Positions 9,298-17,901 of a stretch of 54,688 nucleotides of DNA are shown here, one piece after another. The stretch is from positions 1 to 54,688 of the IMG/VR virus record IMGVR_UViG_3300050132_000403; one strand, 5' to 3'. The notes beneath the pieces were generated by a model. That model worked only from the letters and a program-made list of their open reading frames with translations, was not told where the DNA came from and searched no databases. A program made the position numbers and the translations under genes. Source of the stretch: a virus. Lineage: Duplodnaviria; Caudoviricetes. Within the stretch, counting starts at the first letter, position 1, and each line of letters opens with the position of its first letter.

Positions 9298-10337
9298 TTT
9301 TTCTCTTTTAAAAATGAAAAATTTTGTAAATCTTTAGAAATTTCTAAAGCTGTCTCCCATATAACTTCTTTATTTTTTAAACTATAAACTAACCATTTAT
9401 GATTTTCAGTTGAGGTATGATAACCAGTTTCAGTTATAAGTTTTATTAACTTCTGCTTACCTTGTATAAAAAGATTTTCTATTAAGTGTTCTTCACCTTT
9501 AAATAAAACTTTATCTTCACCACTTTTAATATCTTTTATATTCTTCCACCCAGTAGTAGTTTCAACTTCGTAAGAACCTGGTAAACACCTCCTAACCCCA
9601 CCGCTGAGTACAGCATCTGCCATGTGGCAAACTATATCATAACAATCTTCAGTTTCAAGTCTATTTCTGTTATCTTTTAGTGCTTTATTTAATAATTCCT
9701 CAGCTCTTTCAATTGATTGTTTAAGTCCATCTGGTCCTGGTGCTTTAAACCCTCCACTTATCATTGCACCTTTTGGACGAATTAATGAGTAGTCAAAATA
9801 AACTGTAAAATTTTGGAATTCAGGAAATGGTACTTCTCCTTGAAAAAATGAAGACATTAATACTCCAAACGCATCTGCCCAACCCTCAATTGAGTCTTGT
9901 ACTACAAATGTTTTAGTACCATCATTTCTATTTGTTATATTAGGTAGTTTATTTACGTGCCTATATTGTACAGAATATCCAACTCCACATCCACTCATTA
10001 AAAAATACATTGCTTCTTGGAAGAATTCTGTTCTATCACAATAAGAAAAAATGCAATTAAACATTTTTGCATTGTGCTTCATAATCGGTTCACCACCGAA
10101 CTGTAAAGCCCTTTGAGAGCCTATAATTACTTTGTCAAGATAAAGTTGTTCAGTTAAGTTAAATAACTCATTAAATCTTTCGTTTTTAAATGCTTCTTGA
10201 AACTTTGGGTGGTTTCTGTGCATGTTCATTACACGCTTAACGCTGTCTTCCCAGGTTTCTACAGCTTGTTTTTCTTCGTTATATTTTGCATAATCTAAAT
10301 AGTACTTAATATCACTGGCTAATTTTGTGCCTTTCAT
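9294..10337 (-). CDS. nrdJ: Class II ribonucleotide reductase, N-terminal half, fused to a 97-aa N-intein
   Basis: ETWEDSVKRV, QRALQFGG, FNC, GCGVGYSV, DSIEGW, IRPKGA..GGFKAPGP, VLSGGVRR, then CLPGS. Confidence 0.9.
   Translation of the reverse strand: MKGTKLASDIKYYLDYAKYNEEKQAVETWEDSVKRVMNMHRNHPKFQEAFKNERFNELFNLTEQLYLDKVIIGSQRALQFGGEPIMKHNAKMFNCIFSYCDRTEFFQEAMYFLMSGCGVGYSVQYRHVNKLPNITNRNDGTKTFVVQDSIEGWADAFGVLMSSFFQGEVPFPEFQNFTVYFDYSLIRPKGAMISGGFKAPGPDGLKQSIERAEELLNKALKDNRNRLETEDCYDIVCHMADAVLSGGVRRCLPGSYEVETTTGWKNIKDIKSGEDKVLFKGEEHLIENLFIQGKQKLIKLITETGYHTSTENHKWLVYSLKNKEVIWETALEISKDLQNFSFLKEKK
9297..9587 (-). mobile_element. N-terminal half of a naturally split intein (IntN)
   Basis: Starts at Cys1 (CLPGSYEVETTTGWKNIKDI), block B STENHKW, ends at a stop. 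Confidence 0.9.
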
Positions 10338-10370
10338 ATATATTTGTTAGTTAACAACTTTTTTGGATTG

Positions 10371-10378
10371 TAAATATA
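10371..10378 (-). promoter_or_regulatory. TAnnTTTA promoter-like element upstream of nrdJ-N
   Basis: TATATTTA in the intergenic gap. Confidence 0.5.
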
Positions 10379-10423
10379 AGGTTTTTATTCCTGATCTGAA
10401 AACGGAGTTGTAGTTCTCAATTA

Positions 10424-12481
10424 TTATAATATAGTTAGAATTGTATCGTTTGTGGTATGGATAACCTGCTTGTGCTTGTAATTATCTGTTACCACTTTTC
10501 CTTTTATAAAGCATATTGAGCCTATGTTTTCTTTGAGTTCTTTATAAAACTGTTCATAACTTTCGTTCCACATTGTTATATAAGTAGTTACAAAGTTTTC
10601 TTCAAGTGCAATTTGACAGAATGGTCCCCTTTTAGATTTTCTTTCTATTATTTCTTTAATACACCCCCCAACTATTACTTCTTTATCTTGAAGTTTTGTA
10701 TTTTCTTGAAGAGTATCCCCTGAGATATATTGAGTAACAAACTTCTTAAATTCTGATGTTTTTAGTACAGAAAAAAAGTTTATGAACCCGAAGCCTGTAA
10801 GTTCACGCTGCCTTATTATCCACTTATATTCAGGCCACCTTCTATATTCTTCAAGTTCTGGTAACAGTTTTTTATTATTACTCTGCTCATAGTATTGAAC
10901 TAATAATTTATATCTATCTCGTATATCAACTATTTTTTCAATTTCATCAAAGGCGCCTGCAAAAATTAAGTTTTCTACAGAACGTTTATTTACTTTACGC
11001 TTTTCTACTCTCTCTACAAATTCTTCCAATGAGAAATATTCTCCATCTTCAGATCTCCATAATACCACTTCCTCTACTGCAATTTTCCCTACCCATTTTA
11101 TTGAGTTTAATGACCAATATATTTTTTGTGTATTAACATCTGGGTAAAAAGAATCTTTTGACTTGTTTATATCAACTGGTGCAACTGTTACTATTCCTAG
11201 TTTTTCAATCTCTGCAATTTTTTGAATTAACTCATCTGATTCTGAAAATTCAAGTGCAGTTGTCCAAAATTCAAGTGGATAATTATATTTGTACCATTGA
11301 GAGAAGTAACCAAGTAGTGAGTAACAGACAGAATGCGATTTATTATAAGTATAGCAGCCAAATCCACATAACTTCTCCCAAATTGTATTTGCCTCATCTT
11401 CAGGACAATTATTCTTCAAACAACCACTTATAAATTGATCTTCATATTTTTTAAGTGCTGCAGGAGATTGCAAAACCATTGCCTTCCTTATACTATCTGC
11501 TTCGGTTAATGTAAAACCACCTAATATTGTAGTAATAGACATAATCTGCTCCTGATAAATAGGAAACCCATAAGTTTCTTTGGTAAGGTCCTCAAGCATA
11601 TAGTCATACTTAATTTCTTTCTCACCTTTCTTTACCTTAATCAGGTCAATATGAGCATTCATAGAAATTGGACCTGGACGATAAACCGCTGCAATTAATG
11701 AAAGTTCTGAGACATTTGAAGGCTGAAAATCTTTACAGTACTGTATTAATCCTGAGGAAGTGAATTGGAATACATCTTGATTTAACCCTTCCTTAAACAG
11801 GTCGAAAACACCTTCATTCTCAAGGTCAATATCATCATAAGTCAATTTTTTACCTGTATGAAGTTCTATTAACTCGTTCATACGTTGGAATTTGTCAAGT
11901 TGCTGCAGACCTAATATATCGAATTTTAAGAACCCCATCTTTGAAATTCCATATACATTCCATTCACTTACTATTTGTCCATCAACTTTTTTAACAGGCA
12001 TCCAGGTGGAGATATCTTTATAATATCCTTCTTTAGTTTCTTTTGGTGTTATTATTGTCCCTGAGGCGTGAATTGAAGCAGTTGAAGGACCGTTTAAGAT
12101 TAATGGTAGTTTTTCAATGATGTGAGGATAATTTTGTATGAACTCTCTCAACATTGGTACATCCTTTGCATTTTTAAAGAGTTCTGTATAATCTCCTTTT
12201 GCATCAATTACAGAAGTTATGATATTAGATTTTTTTGTTTCTATACCATATCCTCTATTAAGTGCTTTTACCGCTGCCTTTATTTTAAAAGCGTTATATG
12301 AACCCATTCCAGTAACAAAGTCAAGACCATACTTGTCTCTCATGTACTGTTCTGCAATTGGTTTCATTTTAGTCCCGAAATCTGTATCGACTCTTTTTGG
12401 CCCGAAGGCCGTTCAAATATCCGGGAGCGATGATGCAACCACCTTCTCCCGGATATTTGAAGTTATTTTTTTAATAATCAT
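10424..12481 (-). CDS. dnaE: DNA polymerase III alpha, C-terminal half; true start proposed at ATG 12481 with an internal in-frame TGA (12413-12415) in the catalytic motif
   Basis: Track ORF 10424-12367 has IHASG, LKFDILGL, VFQF, YRPGP, IYQEQ, YNKSHS. The upstream in-frame read is MIIKKITSNIREKVVASSLPDI*TAFGPKRVDTDFGTKMKP. Confidence 0.85.
12389..12461 (-). other. Structured recoding-like element: 16-bp perfect stem, UGA stop, C(UUCG)G hairpin, 27-nt in-frame insert
   Basis: Plus-strand 12412-12427 ttcaaatatccgggag is the exact reverse complement of 12446-12461; 12399-12410 reads GGCC-TTCG-GGCC on the minus strand. Confidence 0.8.
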
Positions 12482-12499
12482 TTAATTTAATTTATATCC

Positions 12500-12507
12500 T
12501 AAAATTA
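12500..12507 (-). promoter_or_regulatory. TAnnTTTA promoter-like element upstream of dnaE-C
   Basis: TAATTTTA 18 nt before the ATG at 12481; the motif recurs in most intergenic gaps. Confidence 0.5.
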
Positions 12508-12532
12508 ATATTTATCTATTCTACTATCTTAT

Positions 12533-14167
12533 TTAGTTCAAAATAAGTTCATCACCCTCAGCCAAATCTTTTGCAAGAATATCAACAAATTTACCTTCTC
12601 GTTTTACTTCAACCATAGAATCTTCGTCAAATTCCTTTACCGTATCATCTTCCATTGTAAGAAAATAATGTTGGTACTTAACATCTTTGAAACGACCATC
12701 ATTTAAGAAACGCTCAAATAGTAACCCATACTTAACGGGATCTACGCCAGTGAGGTTGGTGACGTATGAGAGTAATGCCCCTGCGGCTGAGCCTCTGCCT
12801 AATCCTATCAATGCCCCCTGTTCCCTACAATGTCTTAATACATCCGCCAATATCAAAAAGTAATCCTGAAAACCCCCTTTATTTATTGTTTCAAGTTCAG
12901 TTTCAAGACGCTCATAATAAATAGACTCATCAGGTACTTTTCCTATTATATATTTTTCAAAACCTTTTTCTATCAAGTCATAGAACAAATCCTCAGTTGT
13001 TGCATATTTAGCTTCCTCCTCCTCTGTCATTATATATTTTGGAAGAAAAAGGTTACCTGTACGGATTTTAAACGTACATAATTCACCTACAGACTTTGCG
13101 TTATCAAGCGCTTCATAAAATATCTCATACTGCCTATCATCTTCGGATTTGAAGAGGCTACTCATTTGTGTATATATTTCCTCACCTGATTTAAACCATT
13201 GATCAGATGATTGTGGTTTAAATCCTACCCCTACAATTTTATTTAGAATTTTTTTGACTTCGTGGTCTGAGGCATCAAGGTAGTAGGCATCTTGAATGAG
13301 TATAGGACGTATTTTTGATTTATAATTTTCAAAGTAGTCCTTAATATTTTCTAACCATTTTGTATCTCTGTCATTTGAGGACCATTCTGTAAAATCAAGT
13401 TGGTAGTATAAATGTTCAAACGCTGAATATTTTTTAAGAAGAACATCTGTTAAAACTGTTTCTGGTGTAAGTACACATACAAGTCCCCTTACGTATTTTT
13501 TTAGTTCTTCAAACGGTATTACTTTGTCTATAATTGTATCGCCGTTACAATTGATATAATTAGATATTTTGAGTAAATTATCCCACCCCCTGTCATTTAT
13601 AACATAAAGTTTTATAGAATATCTAGTCTCATTTTCAAGTACTGTAACTGTTTCTCCAATTATTGGTTTAATATCGTTCTCTTCACAAGTTCCTTGAAAT
13701 GATAGTGTTCCTCCAAGTGTGTTTTCTTCACAAATTGCTAATGTTTTATATCCTAAAAATTTTGCTTTTTTACACCATTCAGGATAATCTTTTGACCCGT
13801 TACCTAATTCATAGCCTCCATGTATTCCTAAAAATGGAAAATCAAAGGTAAGTTCATCTGAACATTTACCTATATGTTTAAAAAGATCAAATTTTGGTTC
13901 AAAAGGATCACAATAATAGTAATGAGACCCAAATTGAAAGACAACTTTTTGTATATTATTATCTCTTATGAATTCTATTTCTTCAGATGTATAATAAAAT
14001 TCAAAGTTTCTATCAACTAATAGTTCACGTTCAGTTCCATCTATTTCTACAGTTTTTGGATAAATTACTTTGTATAAAATTTTGTCAAGATAAAATAAAT
14101 CATAATCTATAAAATCTACATCAAGACGGTTTTCTTTAATCCAATCTTCAAGTGATACTAATTCCAT
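12533..14167 (-). CDS. dnaE: DNA polymerase III alpha, N-terminal half (PHP domain), ending in an intein-like remnant
   Basis: IKPIIGE, GWDNLLKI, YFLILAD, GLGRGSAAGALLSY, DPVKYGLLFERFLN. Confidence 0.92.
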   Translation of the reverse strand: MELVSLEDWIKENRLDVDFIDYDLFYLDKILYKVIYPKTVEIDGTERELLVDRNFEFYYTSEEIEFIRDNNIQKVVFQFGSHYYYCDPFEPKFDLFKHIGKCSDELTFDFPFLGIHGGYELGNGSKDYPEWCKKAKFLGYKTLAICEENTLGGTLSFQGTCEENDIKPIIGETVTVLENETRYSIKLYVINDRGWDNLLKISNYINCNGDTIIDKVIPFEELKKYVRGLVCVLTPETVLTDVLLKKYSAFEHLYYQLDFTEWSSNDRDTKWLENIKDYFENYKSKIRPILIQDAYYLDASDHEVKKILNKIVGVGFKPQSSDQWFKSGEEIYTQMSSLFKSEDDRQYEIFYEALDNAKSVGELCTFKIRTGNLFLPKYIMTEEEEAKYATTEDLFYDLIEKGFEKYIIGKVPDESIYYERLETELETINKGGFQDYFLILADVLRHCREQGALIGLGRGSAAGALLSYVTNLTGVDPVKYGLLFERFLNDGRFKDVKYQHYFLTMEDDTVKEFDEDSMVEVKREGKFVDILAKDLAEGDELILN

Positions 14168-14823
14168 AAACCTATCACATTTCCTATTTCATCAACCATT
14201 TCTGTTAATTCCTCTATTGTCCCTGAGTTATCAATTGTAAAGTCAAAGCCTTCATAATCATCAAGTTCAGTTTCAGATTCATGGTCAATTATATTTGCCC
14301 GATCTGAATTTATTCGTATTAATATTCCACCTTCGGCCTTACCTCTTTCTGCCTCATTTAAATACCTTAAATCACTAACAATTATATTAGATGAATTTGT
14401 TGCAAAAGTTGGTAATACTTCTTGTAAAAATCCTTTTGATTTGTTCTTACTTTTTTTAGGTTTAAAAAATGGTTTTTCTTGTATATCTACAAAAAGTGCA
14501 TTTACCCAAACGTCTTTATGCAGGTTTTCTCGCATTCCATGACCCATACGTATTAATCCTTCTCGTACTGTCATTCTTTTTGTTTTACCATTTTCATCAG
14601 TATAGTTCCAGTCTTCTGGTAAATAACCTGCTTTTACAGATTGCTTTTCAAGATCTTCAACTGAAATTCCGGTAAGTGTTGAGAAAGATAGTTTTAATTT
14701 GTAGGCAAATTTTTTGTTTTCCCATGTAATTGTTGATTTCTCAAATGACATTCTTTGGAAAATTTTGGCGAATGTATCTTTACCGACAAAGCTTTTCCCA
14801 CTCAAAAGTATTAGATTACTCAT
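14158..14823 (-). CDS. Deoxynucleoside monophosphate kinase (T4 gp1-like)
   Basis: LSGKSFVGKDTFA, FAYKLK, R..L..MG..MR, IVSDLRYLNE, HESETELD, IDNSGT. Confidence 0.88.
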   Translation of the reverse strand: MSNLILLSGKSFVGKDTFAKIFQRMSFEKSTITWENKKFAYKLKLSFSTLTGISVEDLEKQSVKAGYLPEDWNYTDENGKTKRMTVREGLIRMGHGMRENLHKDVWVNALFVDIQEKPFFKPKKSKNKSKGFLQEVLPTFATNSSNIIVSDLRYLNEAERGKAEGGILIRINSDRANIIDHESETELDDYEGFDFTIDNSGTIEELTEMVDEIGNVIGLWN

Positions 14824-15214
14824 ATGTTAATACTGACTTTATATTTTTAGTTCTTTGTTTTACTCTTTTATAAATTTCTTCCCAAGGAGGCAATTCAAAT
14901 AAACACTTATCATCTATATAAAGGTCTGCGAGTATTTTACGAGTATTGCCTTTAAAAAGTTTTAAGAAATAAGGGTGATGTTTATTTATACAATGAAATT
15001 TAACTCCTTCTTTTCTCAAAAAATTAGCTGCATTTTGTTTCTCATCTTTTGACCTACAAGTCCATATTATTATATAATAACCTTCATCATAAAGACGGTT
15101 TATATATTCTTTAGCATTTTCCTTTAAACTATGAATTACAGGATAGTTAGAGTTTACTATTGTTTCATCAAAATCTATAGACAGTACAGAACAATAATTT
15201 CTATGAAAATTCAT
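14816..15214 (-). CDS. HAD-superfamily hydrolase (BT0820-like)
   Basis: SIDFDETIV, IIWTCR, RKILADLYIDDK. Confidence 0.85.
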   Translation of the reverse strand: MNFHRNYCSVLSIDFDETIVNSNYPVIHSLKENAKEYINRLYDEGYYIIIWTCRSKDEKQNAANFLRKEGVKFHCINKHHPYFLKLFKGNTRKILADLYIDDKCLFELPPWEEIYKRVKQRTKNIKSVLTYE

Positions 15215-15215
15215 T

Positions 15216-15253
15216 AAAAAAAATTAGGATAACATTTTTATTTGTTATCCTAA
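15216..15253 (-). terminator. Intrinsic terminator
   Basis: 11-bp stem (15224-15234/15243-15253) followed by an 8-U run on the minus strand. Confidence 0.6.
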
Positions 15254-15288
15254 AAATAGGTAGAAAGAAACTATAAAAAGAAAAAGAT

Positions 15289-15783
15289 TTATATTATCCG
15301 TGTCACCACCTCAATAGGTAACTTTAGAAACTCTCCAGATGTATCACATTTAAGTTCAATTGTCTTTGGTTCAAGGGTTAAATTGAGTGGTTTTGTAATA
15401 ACTCCTATTAATGACTGACCATAATATTCATAGCGTACTGTTGTACCCTTGTAGTAATAGTAAAAAAGATCCCAATCCTGCATAGAAAGACGCTGAGTTT
15501 CATCTTTATACATAAAGTTAGGATATGAGGTATCTTTGTAAATTCTTGATTTTAAAACAAGGAAAAGATCTTCATCATCAAAAATTGTTGGGAGTTTATT
15601 CCGTTCTGCTATATTCTCTATAGTTTTACGTTTACCTTCAAGTACCCGTTTCCAGTAATTCTTATCACCCTCTTTTTTATATATTTTTGTACGTAGTTCA
15701 CAGCAAATCCATTCTAGTTGTAGAATTTCAAAGTACTGATATATTCCTATTTGGCGAGACTTTTCTTTTTTAGATGATTCCAA
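15289..15783 (-). CDS. Hypothetical protein
   Basis: 164-aa ORF with a TTG start. Confidence 0.65.
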   Translation of the reverse strand: MESSKKEKSRQIGIYQYFEILQLEWICCELRTKIYKKEGDKNYWKRVLEGKRKTIENIAERNKLPTIFDDEDLFLVLKSRIYKDTSYPNFMYKDETQRLSMQDWDLFYYYYKGTTVRYEYYGQSLIGVITKPLNLTLEPKTIELKCDTSGEFLKLPIEVVTRII

Positions 15784-15835
15784 TTCTGTTCTATTAATTT
15801 TATAAAAATATTGATAAGTTTTCTTAGAAAAGAAA

Positions 15836-16846
15836 CTACTCTAACTGCAAGACTGGTAATTTTGAAGACAGGAAAGAAGAACATGATTGTAAGTTTAATA
15901 TCACATCTTCTATATCTTCAAGTTCAAAGTCACCTGGGTCCTTAGATTCATGAAAACCTATATTTATAGACTTAAAGTCATAACGTATATCATTTATATT
16001 ACTAATAATTTGTTTGACTACATCATAATCATAAAGCAATATCAGATCTTCTATTTTCTTTTTCTTCAACAGACTTTTTTGGTCAGTTGATAAATGACAT
16101 TTAAAAGACGCTACACATTTAATTTCTTCAGACTCGTGCAAGTCAAGTAACTTATCTACCCTAAATTTGTCAAACATCCCTTCAACCAGTATTACAGTTT
16201 TAGTACCTTTCGTTATTTCATCGTATCCAAAAAGTAATGAGGAGAAGTCTGTACCTGGTGAGTTACTATATCGTTTTATAAATTTTCCTACTCCTGTTTC
16301 CTTAAAGATATTATTATTTGTATCAATTTTTTCCTTGTTCCATATATGTCTTGCAATGTACCCTTTTGTCTCATTATGTTGTTTTACTAAAAATATTATA
16401 TAATTATTCTTTAGTTTTGGATCAAGTTTTGTAGTTCCAACAATATACTTATCATAGTAATCAAATTGGCGTTCTTGTAAGTATGGATGAGATTCAATTC
16501 TTTTAAAACCTATTGGTGGAGATACGTTGGGGATTAAGTTCTCTTCAGTTTTTTCTACTGTTTTCTCAATTAAATTTTCTAACCTAACACGTTGTACAAT
16601 CTTTGAGTAATCTTTCTCAGAACTCAGTAAATCGGTTCTACCGAGTTCCTTTAGTAAACTATATATATTACCTTCCCAGCCACATGCTCTTTTTCTATAA
16701 CAATTACAAGGATGGTTTTCTATATCAATAGCAATACCAAATTCTGATTGACCACATTTTGGACAAGGACAAATTAGGTTTATACCTTTTTTATCTATTC
16801 TTGAGGTGGTAAAAAGTGAGGCGAGGATTTGGAGTGAGAGTTTCAA
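15836..16846 (-). CDS. DNA primase (zinc-binding domain plus TOPRIM)
   Basis: CPCPKC...CNC...C; LLFGYD; ILVEGMFD; LYDYD; KDPGD. Confidence 0.88.
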   Translation of the reverse strand: MKLSLQILASLFTTSRIDKKGINLICPCPKCGQSEFGIAIDIENHPCNCYRKRACGWEGNIYSLLKELGRTDLLSSEKDYSKIVQRVRLENLIEKTVEKTEENLIPNVSPPIGFKRIESHPYLQERQFDYYDKYIVGTTKLDPKLKNNYIIFLVKQHNETKGYIARHIWNKEKIDTNNNIFKETGVGKFIKRYSNSPGTDFSSLLFGYDEITKGTKTVILVEGMFDKFRVDKLLDLHESEEIKCVASFKCHLSTDQKSLLKKKKIEDLILLYDYDVVKQIISNINDIRYDFKSINIGFHESKDPGDFELEDIEDVILNLQSCSSFLSSKLPVLQLE

Positions 16847-16867
16847 TGTTTGGTTGATAATTACTAA

Positions 16868-17901
16868 TTATTTACTATATGGTTGATAATCTGGATTAGA
16901 CCTACATAGTTTCTGATGCCTATCAAAATTACTACAACTAAAAATACCATTACAGAATTCACAAACCTTTGTCTTAGTTTTATATATTCTTACTTCTTTA
17001 CTTTTTCTTAAACAATATTCTGTATGTCTATCAAAAGTACCTTTTTTCTTAATATTTTTACCACATATTTCACAAGTAAAAACTGGAAATAAAAGTGCAG
17101 CTTCCTTATACTTTTGTATTCTTAATTCTAAAAGTTCAGGGTTATTTTTGTAAAACTCATTTAATTTTTTCTTTGCTTTTTTTAGAATTTCAGGGTTTTC
17201 TAGAAAAAGTTTTTTTCTATGTTCACCTTGTTTTTTACCTTCTTCGGGGTTATCTACAAAAAATTTCTTTTTTTGTTTACTTCTGGGTTATTTTCCCAAA
17301 AATCATTAATTGCCTTTTTATGTTTTTCTTTAAATTCAGGATCTTCAAATTTTTTCTTAGCTGAGTCACTTTTCTTCTTAATATGGTCAGGATACTTACA
17401 TTTTTCTTTTGATTTTTCCCCTACTTTTACCCTTCCTTCTGGATTATCAATATAATACTGTGAAATTTTTATACCATTTTCTTTTGAAAACTCAGGGTTA
17501 TCTTTTAAAAATTGTTTTCTTTGGTCACTTTTCTCTTTTAAAAATTCAGGATTATTTTCATAAAATTGGATATGACTTAAACTAAGTTTTTCAAGTGTCT
17601 CTTCAACAACATTATAATCTCTACAACCCCCAGATGTTTTATTATAACCAATTAAGGGGTTATTTGCATCAAAAACTTTTACCCAATATTTTTCTTGTTT
17701 ACTTAAATCTTCTCTATTACAAAATTCTAAAGTTTCACAATAGAAGTTGTGTTTACCGAACTCTTTTATTGCCTCACGTAATGCGTTACCTGAGCCTATA
17801 TATTTATCATTTAAGTTATCTGTACGGTGTTGACCAATATAAATTTTACTATCTACTTTATTAGTAGTTTTATAAATAAGATTATGTTTATGTATTTTCA
17901 T
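16868..17901 (-). pseudogene. GIY-YIG homing endonuclease with NPE repeats, frameshifted near 17278; intact 215-aa N-terminal ORF at 17254-17901
   Basis: LIYKTTNKVDSKIYIGQH...YIGSG...GYNKTSGG. Another frame continues the NPE repeats into two Cys/His fingers and stops at 16868. Confidence 0.75.

Noticed and set aside
12394-12410. UUCG hairpin as an intrinsic terminator
   Set aside because: It is followed by A residues on the coding strand, and the T run precedes it on the other strand, so neither orientation fits.
12413-12415. Genome-wide TGA-to-Trp recoding as the explanation of the dnaE stop
   Set aside because: TGA ends many genes here (ATGA overlaps), Trp is encoded by TGG, and readthrough would leave nine extra residues in the active-site strand.
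12389-12418. Self-splicing group I intron
   Set aside because: 27 nt cannot hold a catalytic core, and no register gives both an exon-terminal U and an intron-terminal G. Trans-acting excision is not excluded.
17255-17280. Programmed -1 frameshift at the A-run in the GIY-YIG gene
   Set aside because: A_AAA_AAG is not in the zero frame, and the shortened repeat unit points to a deletion.
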